Shown here one piece after another: positions 39,960-49,177 of a DNA stretch of 64,000 nucleotides (positions are counted from its first letter, which is position 1; every line of letters starts with the position of its first letter). Source of the stretch: an uncultured Nitrospinota bacterium (GTDB lineage: Bacteria; Tectomicrobia; Entotheonellia; J063; CAVPRW01). The notes under the pieces are model-generated. The model did no database searches and was not told where the DNA came from. It saw only the letters and a list, made by a program, of their open reading frames with translations. A program made the position numbers and the translations under genes. Location: contig CAVPRW010000010.1 of NCBI GenBank assembly GCA_963707985.1, positions 96,001 through 160,000 on the forward strand, written 5' to 3'.

Positions 39960-41501
39960 GTGAGGATGCATGAGACCGTGAGAACCTCATGGAGGCGGAT
40001 AGGGGGAGCGACACGACAGCGCTGGGCAGCCGTACTGTGGTGTGTGGGGGTCGGCCTGGCACTGACCACCGCAGCCCTGGCGCAGGAACAACGGGCAGCC
40101 TCGTCGCCACAAGACCTCGAGGCGGGCAAACAGGTCTACGCTCGCAAATGTGCCCAATGTCACGGTGATGATGGGCAGGGCACCGGGCCGGCGGCCATGG
40201 AAGTCTTTCCACAACCGCGCGATTTCACGCGAGGCATCTACAAAATCCGCTCGACTCCCAGCGGTACCGTGCCGACGGATGATGATCTCTTCCGTTCCAT
40301 CACCAACGGTCTTCCGGGCAGCTCGATGCCCGGCTGGACTGTGCTCCCTGAACGCGATAGGCGACAGGTAGTCCAGTATATCAAGACCTTCTCTCAAAAA
40401 TTCAAGGAGGAAACCCCGACCCCCCTCACATTCCCTGCAGAGGTACCTTCTAGCACGGAGAGCATCGCCCGCGGTAAAGAACTCTACCGTGATGCTGAAT
40501 GCTGGCAATGTCATGGGGATGAGGGTAGAGGTGATGGCCCGTCGCTCCCGGATTTGAAGGATGATTGGGGACATCCGATCTGGCCGGCGGACCTTACGCA
40601 GTGCTGGAATTTCCGCGGCGGCAGTACCCGCCATGACATCTTTCGCGCGTTCATGACGGGGCTCAGCGGCACGCCTATGCCGTCGTTTGCTGAGATCTTC
40701 GAGCCGCAGCAGGCCTGGGATCTGACCAACTACGTCCACTCCCTGTGCCGCGATCGGAAGGTAGATGTTGTCGTGCGCGCGGTGCCCGCTGGAGGAGAGC
40801 TGCCCACCGATGTCAACGATCCGCGCTGGGCCAATGCCCCCGCCATCGATTTCCCTTTGGTCGGGCAGATTATTCAAGATCCCCGCCAGTTTACGCCTTC
40901 GATCAACACGGTGACGGTACAGGCTATGCACACTGCGGGCGAAATTGCCTTGCTCCTGAGCTGGGATGATCGAACCCACAGTACTGCGAACCCGGAGACG
41001 CACATCTACGACGATAACTTCGTGGTGCAATGGCCGGTGCGTTTGACCGACGGACCGGAAAAGCCCTATTTCCTGTATGGCGACACCTCACGGCCGGTTT
41101 ATCTCTGGCGCTGGGGCGCTAACGCCGCGGGCATTGGAGAGCTCAACGCCACAGGTTTTGGAACGGAGTCGCCGCAGCGGCAAGAGAGCCAGAGTCTTAA
41201 AGGCACTGTGGACTATAATCATGGTCAGTACAGGATGTTGGTGCGGCGGGCGATTACAACGGACGACAAGGATAACGACTTGCAGTTCCAGGAGGCGAAA
41301 TTCATTCCCATCGCCTTTTCTGCTTGGGATGGCTCCAATGGTGAAACGGGGAATAAGCGCGCCATCTCGGCCTGGTATTACCTCTATCTCGAACCGACGC
41401 CTTCACGCGCGCGGCTCATCTATCCAGGCATCGCAGTGGTGGCCATTGCGGCCGCAGAGTTATTTTTCGGACGACAAGGACGACGCCGACGGTCAGCATA
41501 A
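39960..41501 (+). CDS. Diheme cytochrome c fused to an ethylbenzene-dehydrogenase gamma (EB_dh)-like domain
   Basis: Signal peptide; CAQCH and CWQCH with PRDFT..MP motifs; C-terminal PLVGQ..AFSAWDGSNGE..K..ISAW; C-terminal TM. Confidence 0.85.
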   Translation: MRMHETVRTSWRRIGGATRQRWAAVLWCVGVGLALTTAALAQEQRAASSPQDLEAGKQVYARKCAQCHGDDGQGTGPAAMEVFPQPRDFTRGIYKIRSTPSGTVPTDDDLFRSITNGLPGSSMPGWTVLPERDRRQVVQYIKTFSQKFKEETPTPLTFPAEVPSSTESIARGKELYRDAECWQCHGDEGRGDGPSLPDLKDDWGHPIWPADLTQCWNFRGGSTRHDIFRAFMTGLSGTPMPSFAEIFEPQQAWDLTNYVHSLCRDRKVDVVVRAVPAGGELPTDVNDPRWANAPAIDFPLVGQIIQDPRQFTPSINTVTVQAMHTAGEIALLLSWDDRTHSTANPETHIYDDNFVVQWPVRLTDGPEKPYFLYGDTSRPVYLWRWGANAAGIGELNATGFGTESPQRQESQSLKGTVDYNHGQYRMLVRRAITTDDKDNDLQFQEAKFIPIAFSAWDGSNGETGNKRAISAWYYLYLEPTPSRARLIYPGIAVVAIAAAELFFGRQGRRRRSA

Positions 41502-41561
41502 ATCCAGCTCTGATGCTGGGCTGCCGGTGATCTGATCGCTAGTTCGCGAAAGGAGTGTTCC

Positions 41562-42293
41562 ATGATGACACGTTGGCTGACAGGGTTGCTGATCCTGCCT
41601 TGGTTAGGGATCGTGACGCTTCCCTTGCAGGGCTTCAGTTACGAGGCCATACCAGTGACCGACGGTGGCACGATTGTGGGTGAAGTGAAGTATGCGGGTG
41701 ACCCTCCGCCACCGGAGAAGATCGATGTCACCAAAGATGCGAACATCTGTGGAGCAGACCAAAAGGTTTCCCCGGCATTGATGGTCGGAGCGGATAAGGG
41801 CATTAAGGATGTGGTGGCGTCACTACCAAACATCCAGAAAGGCAAAGCTCTGGGAAAGCCGGAGAAACCTCCGGTACTGGATCAAAAGAATTGTGAGTAT
41901 CACCCGTACGCCCAGATCATTCCAGTCAATACCACGCTAGAGATTACCAATAGCGACGATGTGCTCCACAATATCAAGACGAAGGGTGCAACTAAGACCT
42001 CGTTTAACATTGCCCAGCCGAAGTTCAAGCGGAAATTGACTGTGGAGTTCAAAAATCCTGAGATCGTCCAGGTCGAATGCAATGTCCACGGTTGGATGAA
42101 CGCGATTGTCGTGGTTGAGGATAACCCCTACGACGCCTTGACAGACGCCAATGGCTCCTTTAAGATCACCGACGTTCCACCGGGAAAATATACTGTGAAG
42201 GTCTGGCATTCCAAACTTGGCGAGCAGACCAAAGAAGTGACGGTGGGCCCGAAGGAGGAGGTGAAGGTCGCCTTCGAGATGAAGACACCTTGA
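41562..42293 (+). CDS. Exported cupredoxin-like / carboxypeptidase-regulatory-like domain protein
   Basis: Signal peptide; LDQKNC; NSDDVLHN; CNVHGWM; DVPPGKYTVKVWH. Confidence 0.75.
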   Translation: MMTRWLTGLLILPWLGIVTLPLQGFSYEAIPVTDGGTIVGEVKYAGDPPPPEKIDVTKDANICGADQKVSPALMVGADKGIKDVVASLPNIQKGKALGKPEKPPVLDQKNCEYHPYAQIIPVNTTLEITNSDDVLHNIKTKGATKTSFNIAQPKFKRKLTVEFKNPEIVQVECNVHGWMNAIVVVEDNPYDALTDANGSFKITDVPPGKYTVKVWHSKLGEQTKEVTVGPKEEVKVAFEMKTP

Positions 42294-42451
42294 TGGCCTG
42301 AACATACGACCCTGTCGGTGGCGACCATCACACATGATGAGGTTCTCACCGGCAGGCTTGATGCCGAGCAAAGTCTCGGCTGCGCAAGTTAGGCGGTGTG
42401 AAATGCGGACCATCGCGCTGGTGATGGCGGAACGGGTACTGGAGAGATCTC

Positions 42452-43108
42452 ATGCTCAGGTGGCTTCCGGCAAACGTCTCGACCTATGGAGGAGAGATCG
42501 ATCGATTATTTTCGATCATTGAGTGGATCACCGGCATCACGTTCGTCCTGGTCATCGTTTTGCTGCTGGTCTTCATCGTCAAGTATCGCGATCGAGGTGG
42601 GCGGCGCGCGACCTACACACACGGCAATGCGTTTCTCGAAGTGATCTGGACGATCGTGCCGGCGATCATTCTTATCGTGCTGTTTATGCTGAGCCAGTCG
42701 CTCTGGTGGAGCATTAAGGGGAACGTGCCGGCGACGGATTTCCAGGTACTGGTCACGGCGAAACAGTTCAACTGGGTCTTCACCTACCCCGGCCCCGATG
42801 GCACCTTCGGTACCGCTGATGACCTCACGTTAGAAAATGAGCTGCATGTCCCCGTCAACAAAATCGTGCGGGTGTCCCTGCGCGCCGAGGACGTGATCCA
42901 CAGCTTCTTCCTTCCGAATTTGCGGTTGAAACAGGATGCCGTCCCAGGCCGCGAGATTCCAGCTTGGTTCGAGGCGACGCAGACGGGTCGGTATGAAATC
43001 CCCTGTGCTGAGCTGTGTGGATTCGGTCACTCCGGGATGCTTGGCTATCTGACGGTCCATTCTGTCGCTGACTATCAGCAATGGGTGAAGCAGCGTTGGC
43101 CGTCCTAA
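42452..43108 (+). CDS. coxB: Cytochrome c oxidase subunit II
   Basis: LEVIWT; DVIHSF; CAELCGFGHSGM CuA motif; no fused cytochrome c. Confidence 0.95.
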   Translation: MLRWLPANVSTYGGEIDRLFSIIEWITGITFVLVIVLLLVFIVKYRDRGGRRATYTHGNAFLEVIWTIVPAIILIVLFMLSQSLWWSIKGNVPATDFQVLVTAKQFNWVFTYPGPDGTFGTADDLTLENELHVPVNKIVRVSLRAEDVIHSFFLPNLRLKQDAVPGREIPAWFEATQTGRYEIPCAELCGFGHSGMLGYLTVHSVADYQQWVKQRWPS

Positions 43109-43172
43109 CACGTCCAGCCTACACGCCAGCGCTGATCGCATCCGGTCTAGGTTGATCGAAAGGAATCAAACG

Positions 43173-44912
43173 ATGAATCAGAGAGAATCGGCTCACACCA
43201 CACATGCGGCTCATGTCGAGCACGGGTTTATCCGCACATACATTTTTTCGACCGATCATAAAATGATTGGCCGGCAGTATCTTTTCTACGGCCTTTTTAT
43301 GATGATTCTGGGAGGGTTACTGGCGCTGCTCGTGCGCTGGGAACTGGCATGGCCAGAAACGCCCGTGCTCGGTTTCGGATGGTTATTTCCTGATACCGAG
43401 GGCGTGATTATACCCCCTACCTACAACATGTTATTTACCATGCATGCCACGATCATGATTTTCTTTGTCGTCATGCCCATTCTGGTCGGGGCATTTGGCA
43501 ATTTCCTCATCCCGTTGATGATCGGCGCCCGTGATATGGCCTTTCCAGTGCTGAATATGCTGTCCTTCTGGGTGGCTCTGCCAGCGGCGATCATTATGCT
43601 GGGCGGCTTCTTCGTTCCCGGCGGGCATGCGGCCGCCGGCTGGACATCCTATGCGCCCCTCTCCGCTAATCCGGTGTTTACCGGCGTGGAATGGGGGCAG
43701 AATCTTTGGTGCATCAGCCTCATCATCCTTGGGTTCTCCTCGATGATGGGAGCGATCAATTATATTACCACCGTCATCAACATGCGGGCGCCGGGTATGA
43801 CCTTTTTCCGTCTACCGCTGGTCATCTGGTCACTGTTCATCGTGGCCATCCTCGTGCTGTTGGCGATTCCGGTGCTGACCTCGGCGCTGGCCATGTTGCT
43901 CTTCGATCGTCTCTTCGGCACCACGTTCTTCCTGCCGCCAGGTGGTGGCGAACCCCTGCTCTGGCAACATCTCTTCTGGTTCTTCGGTCACCCGGAAGTC
44001 TATATCCTGATCCTCCCGGGCATGGGAATCGCCTCGGACATCCTGTCCACCTTTTCTCGCAAGCCTATATTCGGCTATCGCTCTATGGTGTACGCCATGA
44101 TCGGCATCGGGTTCCTGTCCTGGATCGTCTGGGGTCACCATATGTTCCAGAGTGGTATGAACCCGGCGTTGGGCGTGTCGTTTACCATCACCACCATGGT
44201 GATCGCGGTGCCCTCGGCGATCAAGACCTTCAATTGGCTCGGCACCCTTTGGGGGGGGACGATTCGCTTCACGGTACCGATGCTCAATGCTCTGGCGTTC
44301 GTTGCCATGTTCGTCATCGGTGGCTTGAGCGGCATCTTCATGGCCTCGACACCAGTGGACATCTTCATCCATGATACCTACTACATCGTCGCCCACATTC
44401 ATTATGTGGTCTTCGGCGGCAGCGTGTTCGGTATCTTCGCCGGCATTTACTACTGGTTCCCGAAGATGTTCGGCCGCATGATGAACGACACGCTGGGGAA
44501 GATCCATTTCTGGGGCACGTTCATTTTCTTCAATTGTACCTTCTTCCCTATGCACATCCTTGGGGTAGGGGGGCATATGCGGCGGATCTACAATCCAACG
44601 CAGTACGAGTTCTTGCAGCCGCTGCAGCCCATCAACGTGTTCATCACCATCAGCGCGATCCTGCTGGGGCTGTCACAGATTCCCTTCATAATCAATTTCT
44701 TCTGGAGTCTGTTTGCCGGCCGGAGGGCTGAACGGAACCCGTGGCAGGCGAATACCCTCGAGTGGGTGGCGCCTACGCCGACACCACATGGCAACTTCGA
44801 GGCCCTTCCCACCGTGTATCGTGGTCCCTACGAGTACAGCTCGCCTGAGGTGCGCGAGGATTACCTACCTCAAGATCGGCCCCTGGCCGCTGGGGCGAGG
44901 GGATCTCATTGA
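43173..44912 (+). CDS. coxA: Cytochrome c oxidase subunit I (A1 type)
   Basis: TDHK; WFFGHPEVY; VWGHHM; HDTYYIVAHIHY; MRR. Confidence 0.97.
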   Translation: MNQRESAHTTHAAHVEHGFIRTYIFSTDHKMIGRQYLFYGLFMMILGGLLALLVRWELAWPETPVLGFGWLFPDTEGVIIPPTYNMLFTMHATIMIFFVVMPILVGAFGNFLIPLMIGARDMAFPVLNMLSFWVALPAAIIMLGGFFVPGGHAAAGWTSYAPLSANPVFTGVEWGQNLWCISLIILGFSSMMGAINYITTVINMRAPGMTFFRLPLVIWSLFIVAILVLLAIPVLTSALAMLLFDRLFGTTFFLPPGGGEPLLWQHLFWFFGHPEVYILILPGMGIASDILSTFSRKPIFGYRSMVYAMIGIGFLSWIVWGHHMFQSGMNPALGVSFTITTMVIAVPSAIKTFNWLGTLWGGTIRFTVPMLNALAFVAMFVIGGLSGIFMASTPVDIFIHDTYYIVAHIHYVVFGGSVFGIFAGIYYWFPKMFGRMMNDTLGKIHFWGTFIFFNCTFFPMHILGVGGHMRRIYNPTQYEFLQPLQPINVFITISAILLGLSQIPFIINFFWSLFAGRRAERNPWQANTLEWVAPTPTPHGNFEALPTVYRGPYEYSSPEVREDYLPQDRPLAAGARGSH

Positions 44913-45844
44913 GCCATGCCCAACGTGCACATCTCTGGCTTCACCGCTTCGCCCTGCTGACCACGCTGGCGACCTTCCCTCTCCTCTTCGTGGGGGGATT
45001 GGTCACCAGTACCGGCTCCGCACTTGCCGTCCCCGACTGGCCGAGCACTTTCGGGTACAACATGTTCCTCTATCCCGTGGCCGGGATGGTGGGAGGAATT
45101 CTCTATGAGCACAGCCATCGGCTGCTGGGGGCGTTAGTTGGTTTCCTCACCATCATCCTGACGCTCTGGTTATGGCTGAAAGAGTCCCAACGCTGGCTGC
45201 GCTGGCTTGGAAGTATCGCCCTGGCAGTAGTCATCCTCCAGGGAATCCTTGGCGGCCTGCGTGTGATACTCCTCGCGCACACCCTGGCCATCGTCCATGC
45301 CTGTCTAGCCCAGGCATTCTTTGCGCTGCTGGTGAGTATTTCTTTCTTCACTGCCCCCATGAGACCGGACCACGTCTCAGAGTTCCCCAGTGTACTGCTA
45401 ACCCGACTGCATCGTCTCTGTCTCTTGACGACTGCTGTGATTTACCTGCAAATTGCCTTCGGAGCGGTCTTGCGCCACACGGGAGCCCGTCTCGATGCAC
45501 ACCTTGCACTGGCGGCGTTGGTGGCCCTCTCGGTCATCGCGCTGAATGTGTCGATGTGGCACCATCATGGAGAGGGAGAAGCTGTCGTTCATCCCATCAT
45601 GCTGCTGTCGGTATTGCTGCTCCTACAACTTGGCCTCGGTCTTGGGGCCTACCTCATGAAATATACGCCAATGGCAGCGCTCGCCACGTCGGGGCTTCGT
45701 GTCAGCTTGACCACCACCCATCTCGCGGTGGGCTCGCTGCTGTTAGCGACCTCGTTAGTCTTGACCTTGCGGACGCATCGTTTCAAAACTGCCTCGACGC
45801 CCATGGTCGCCCATACGCTTCTCTCGGAACAGGTGTCATTATGA
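44909..45844 (+). CDS. ctaA: Heme A synthase (COX15/CtaA)
   Basis: GGLVTSTGSALAVPDWP; EHSHRL; QGILGG; VHACLA. Confidence 0.9.
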   Translation: MSHAQRAHLWLHRFALLTTLATFPLLFVGGLVTSTGSALAVPDWPSTFGYNMFLYPVAGMVGGILYEHSHRLLGALVGFLTIILTLWLWLKESQRWLRWLGSIALAVVILQGILGGLRVILLAHTLAIVHACLAQAFFALLVSISFFTAPMRPDHVSEFPSVLLTRLHRLCLLTTAVIYLQIAFGAVLRHTGARLDAHLALAALVALSVIALNVSMWHHHGEGEAVVHPIMLLSVLLLLQLGLGLGAYLMKYTPMAALATSGLRVSLTTTHLAVGSLLLATSLVLTLRTHRFKTASTPMVAHTLLSEQVSL

Positions 45845-46758
45845 TGGTGAGAACGCTTTCGGCGGATCCGGCAGCGGTTTCTGCATGGCTGGTCGTCCGC
45901 AAACGGGCGCTGGATTACTTGGCCTTGACTAAACCACGTGTGGTAGCCATGGTGTTGATCACTGCCTCCATCGGCTTTTACTTGGCCGCACCAGGGCCGC
46001 CGAATTGGCTGCTGCTCTGTCACACGCTGATTGGCGTCGCCCTGGCTGCTGGTGGAACGCTAGCCTTGAACCAGTATCTCGAACGTGACCTCGACGCGTG
46101 TATGCTCCGCACCAGGGAGCGTCCACTGCCCGAAGGCCGATTGCAACCTGGCGAAGCCTTGGGGTTTGGGGTCGCGATCACGGGAAGCGGACTGATTTAC
46201 TTGGCCTTACTGGTGAATCCCTTAAGTGGGCTGGTCACCGCCGTCAGTGTCGGCAGCTATTTGTTCCTGTATACGCCACTCAAGCAAAAAACCCCCTTGT
46301 GCGTCATCGTCGGCGCGATTCCCGGTGCCCTGCCGCCAGTGACGGGGTGGGTTGCCGCCTCAGGCCAGTGGTCACTTGAAGCCTGGGTCCTGTTCGCCAT
46401 TCTTTTCTTCTGGCAGATTCCACACTCGTTGTCGATCGCTGTGCTCTACCGTGAGGATTATGCGCGCGCAAATTTTCAGCTGCTGCCTGTGGTGGAGCCG
46501 GAGGGGACTAGTACCGGGCGTCAGATCGTGGTGCATTCGCTGGCGCTGCTAGCCGTGGGCCTGCTGCCAACCACTCTGCATCTGGCGGGAGCTGTATATT
46601 TCGTCACCGCCTTCGTCCTGGGCCTCGCCATGTTGGTGTATGGAATCTTATTGGCTAAATCATACTCACGCCTCGCGGCGCGACGGCTCTTGTTCGTGTC
46701 GCTGATCTACCTGCCAGCCTTGCTGGCGGTCATGGCGATCGACAAAGTACGCCTGTAG
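45841..46758 (+). CDS. ctaB: Heme O synthase (protoheme IX farnesyltransferase)
   Basis: LTKPRV; NQYLERDLDACMLRTRERPLP; GAIPGALPP; WQIPH. Confidence 0.95.
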   Translation: MMVRTLSADPAAVSAWLVVRKRALDYLALTKPRVVAMVLITASIGFYLAAPGPPNWLLLCHTLIGVALAAGGTLALNQYLERDLDACMLRTRERPLPEGRLQPGEALGFGVAITGSGLIYLALLVNPLSGLVTAVSVGSYLFLYTPLKQKTPLCVIVGAIPGALPPVTGWVAASGQWSLEAWVLFAILFFWQIPHSLSIAVLYREDYARANFQLLPVVEPEGTSTGRQIVVHSLALLAVGLLPTTLHLAGAVYFVTAFVLGLAMLVYGILLAKSYSRLAARRLLFVSLIYLPALLAVMAIDKVRL

Positions 46759-46769
46759 CGAGCAATCGC

Positions 46770-46883
46770 ATGGTCGGTGATCGAGATGTTCGACAACAGA
46801 ATCGTCGGGTGGGATTCATGATCGTCGCCTTCTTGGTGCTGCTCCACCTCATCGCCATCGTGGGAGTGCTGGTGCTGAATTAG
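46770..46883 (+). CDS. Small single-TM protein (37 aa) in the cox operon
   Basis: MVGDRDVRQQNRRVGFMIVAFLVLLHLIAIVGVLVLN; fills the ctaB-coxC gap; below the ORF-track size cutoff. Confidence 0.65.
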   Translation: MVGDRDVRQQNRRVGFMIVAFLVLLHLIAIVGVLVLN

Positions 46884-46916
46884 CTCCGACTGGTCTTGAG
46901 AGGTCGAGGGTAGGAC

Positions 46917-47615
46917 ATGCCACAGGGAACAACCGTCATTCCGGATGCAGATACGCTCGTTGTGGAAGTGCCGGAGCTTGTTGAGCGTTCCGAGCCCCCC
47001 CCGCCATCCTTTCCTGAGCCCCCGTTTGGCGATGATGGCGACGGTCGTGACGATCAGCCGGACCCACCGATCAACAACGCACGCTTGGGGGTGATGCTCT
47101 TCATCGGCGCTGAAGGAATGTTTTTTGCCGGTCTTCTCAGCGCCTTTCTGGTGTTTCGTGCTGGCAGTAGCGTATGGCCACCCCCTTTCCAACCACGCCT
47201 ACCTATCGGCGTGACTGCGGTGAATACCGGCATCTTGCTGTGGAGCAGTTACACCATGTATCGGGCCGTCCGGGCCATTCGCCGAGGCGACACGCAGGGG
47301 CTGGTGGATTGGTTGCGCGTCACGGCATTGCTTGGCCTGATCTTTCTCAGCGTACAGGGCTATGAATGGGCTCGCCTGCTACAGTATGGCCTGACACTGT
47401 CCTCCAGCGTATACGGTGCCACCTTTTACACGATCATCGGCTGTCATGCGGCCCATGTCTTCGGTGCCGTCATCTGGTTGCTCTTCATCCTGACCATGGC
47501 CAAGAAACAGCGCTTCAACCCGAGGCGCTGCGTCGGCGTGCAGGTGTGTGGCATCTATTGGTTTTTTGTGGTGGCCTTGTGGCCGATGTTATTCGGCCTT
47601 ATTTATCTCTATTGA
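46917..47615 (+). CDS. coxC: Cytochrome c oxidase subunit III, first copy
   Basis: FIGAEGMFFAG; NTGILLWSS; QGYEW; GCHAAHV; YWFFV. Confidence 0.9.
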   Translation: MPQGTTVIPDADTLVVEVPELVERSEPPPPSFPEPPFGDDGDGRDDQPDPPINNARLGVMLFIGAEGMFFAGLLSAFLVFRAGSSVWPPPFQPRLPIGVTAVNTGILLWSSYTMYRAVRAIRRGDTQGLVDWLRVTALLGLIFLSVQGYEWARLLQYGLTLSSSVYGATFYTIIGCHAAHVFGAVIWLLFILTMAKKQRFNPRRCVGVQVCGIYWFFVVALWPMLFGLIYLY

Positions 47616-47698
47616 GTTTTTGGGCAACTACGCCGGTCATGAGCTGAGCTCGATCTGAACACCAGCACAGACTCACCCGGCCCAGCTGGAGAGTCGAC

Positions 47699-48004
47699 AT
47701 GCGACATCTATGGTGCTTAGCCTTAAAGGGTACCTTACTCGGGATTGGCCTGATGAGCTTCATCTTGCCAACGGCTAGCTACGCTTGCGCAGTCTGCGGC
47801 GGCGCAGAGGATAATGGCTATTTCTGGGGTATGGTGTTCCTCATGTCGATGCCATTCACCATTGGAAGCCTCGTCGGTGGCTGGTTGCTGTTGAGCTACC
47901 GTCATGCGTCGTCTGATCTCACACCATCAACGCTGCCTCCGCCAATTGAAAGCCGTACGCCCCCGGCTAGCCTCGGTGCCATTGACGTCACAGAGACCCG
48001 ATAA
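47699..48004 (+). CDS. Small membrane protein with CAVC motif
   Basis: Signal-like N-terminus, ASYA-CAVCGG, one TM helix. Confidence 0.65.
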   Translation: MRHLWCLALKGTLLGIGLMSFILPTASYACAVCGGAEDNGYFWGMVFLMSMPFTIGSLVGGWLLLSYRHASSDLTPSTLPPPIESRTPPASLGAIDVTETR

Positions 48005-48082
48005 CGGACATTAGGCGCATTACCCATTGACCATCGGGGCAACCACTAGGCGGTGAGTGAGAACAGAAAAGGAGAGTACATC

Positions 48083-48715
48083 TTGAGTCAAGCTGCTGCC
48101 ATGCATGGGCCTGCGTCCGAGCCGGTTGAGTACTCCCTGACCGATTCCCTGGGTAAGCTGGGCATGTGGATGTTTCTCGCCGGTGACGCCATGGGTTTCG
48201 GGGCTTTGATCGCAGGGTATGGTGCACTACGCTATTACAGCACGAACTGGCCACAACCATCAGACGTGCTTGGCATCCCTCTGACTGCTTTAATGACCTT
48301 TATCCTGATCGTTAGCAGCGTCACCATGGTTAAGGCGTTGTCGGCCATTCATCATGGTGACCAAGCAGGACTACGCAAGTTCCTGGGGCTCACTGTTTTG
48401 GGCGGGTTGATCTTCCTCTCTCTGCAAGCTTATGAGTGGACGCACCTGATCTTTGGGGAAGGGATGAGCATCAGACATCCACCCCATGACTTCCCGCATG
48501 CGACAACGCTTTTCGGCGCCACCTTCTTCATCTTAACGGGCTTCCATGGCATGCATGTATCCGGAGGGGTGATCTATCTCACGTGTTTGCTCATTCGGGC
48601 CACGCGTGGCGCCTATTCGGTCGAATACGCCCATCCAGTTGAGATCGCTGGGCTTTATTGGCATTTCGTGGACCTCGTGTGGATTTTAATCTTCACCTTT
48701 GTATATCTCCTTTAG
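48083..48715 (+). CDS. coxC: Cytochrome c oxidase subunit III, second copy
   Basis: KLGMWMFL; TGFHGMHV; GLYWHFVDLVWI; AGGAGAG RBS before TTG. Confidence 0.9.
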   Translation: MSQAAAMHGPASEPVEYSLTDSLGKLGMWMFLAGDAMGFGALIAGYGALRYYSTNWPQPSDVLGIPLTALMTFILIVSSVTMVKALSAIHHGDQAGLRKFLGLTVLGGLIFLSLQAYEWTHLIFGEGMSIRHPPHDFPHATTLFGATFFILTGFHGMHVSGGVIYLTCLLIRATRGAYSVEYAHPVEIAGLYWHFVDLVWILIFTFVYLL

Positions 48716-48821
48716 GCAGTGCCTCAGGCGCGTCTCGAAGGTGTTGACTCTGTTCGAGGCTATGCATCTCCACCGAGACGTGGACTACCTCGGGGTCAGA
48801 CGGGGACAGAGGGTAAAGACG

Positions 48822-49142
48822 ATGCAACAGGCACACGCGGAACCGAATTACATCGCTGTGTTCATCTGGTTAGCGGCATTGACAGTCCTCGAGGTGGTGG
48901 CCGTCTATCTGCCGCTGACGAGACTCGCACTGGCGGCTATCCTTGTGGTCCTGGCCTTTACGAAGGCGGCGCTCGTGGCCCTTTATTTTATGCATCTGAA
49001 ATTTGAGCGACGCACCATGCTGCTGGTCGCGGTGACGCCGGTCATCTTGTGCGTGTTCCTGATGTTCATGTTGATTCCCGACGGGATCATGAAGCATAGG
49101 CAACAGACGACGATGACCGCACCCTCGACGACCGCCCGCTGA
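48822..49142 (+). CDS. coxD: Cytochrome c oxidase subunit IV
   Basis: YIAVFIWLAALTVLE; KAALVALYFMHLKFE. Confidence 0.88.
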   Translation: MQQAHAEPNYIAVFIWLAALTVLEVVAVYLPLTRLALAAILVVLAFTKAALVALYFMHLKFERRTMLLVAVTPVILCVFLMFMLIPDGIMKHRQQTTMTAPSTTAR

Positions 49143-49177
49143 TGAGGCGGGATGAGCTCAACACGAATGGAAGTGCA

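Noticed and set aside
39960..41501. Claim that the organism is a nitrite oxidiser
   Set aside because: No nxrA/nxrB in the window; similarity of accessory cytochromes is not sufficient.
45172..45840. 528-aa CtaB with N-terminal extension
   Set aside because: The extension overlaps ctaA out of frame; start at 45841 gives a normal-length CtaB.
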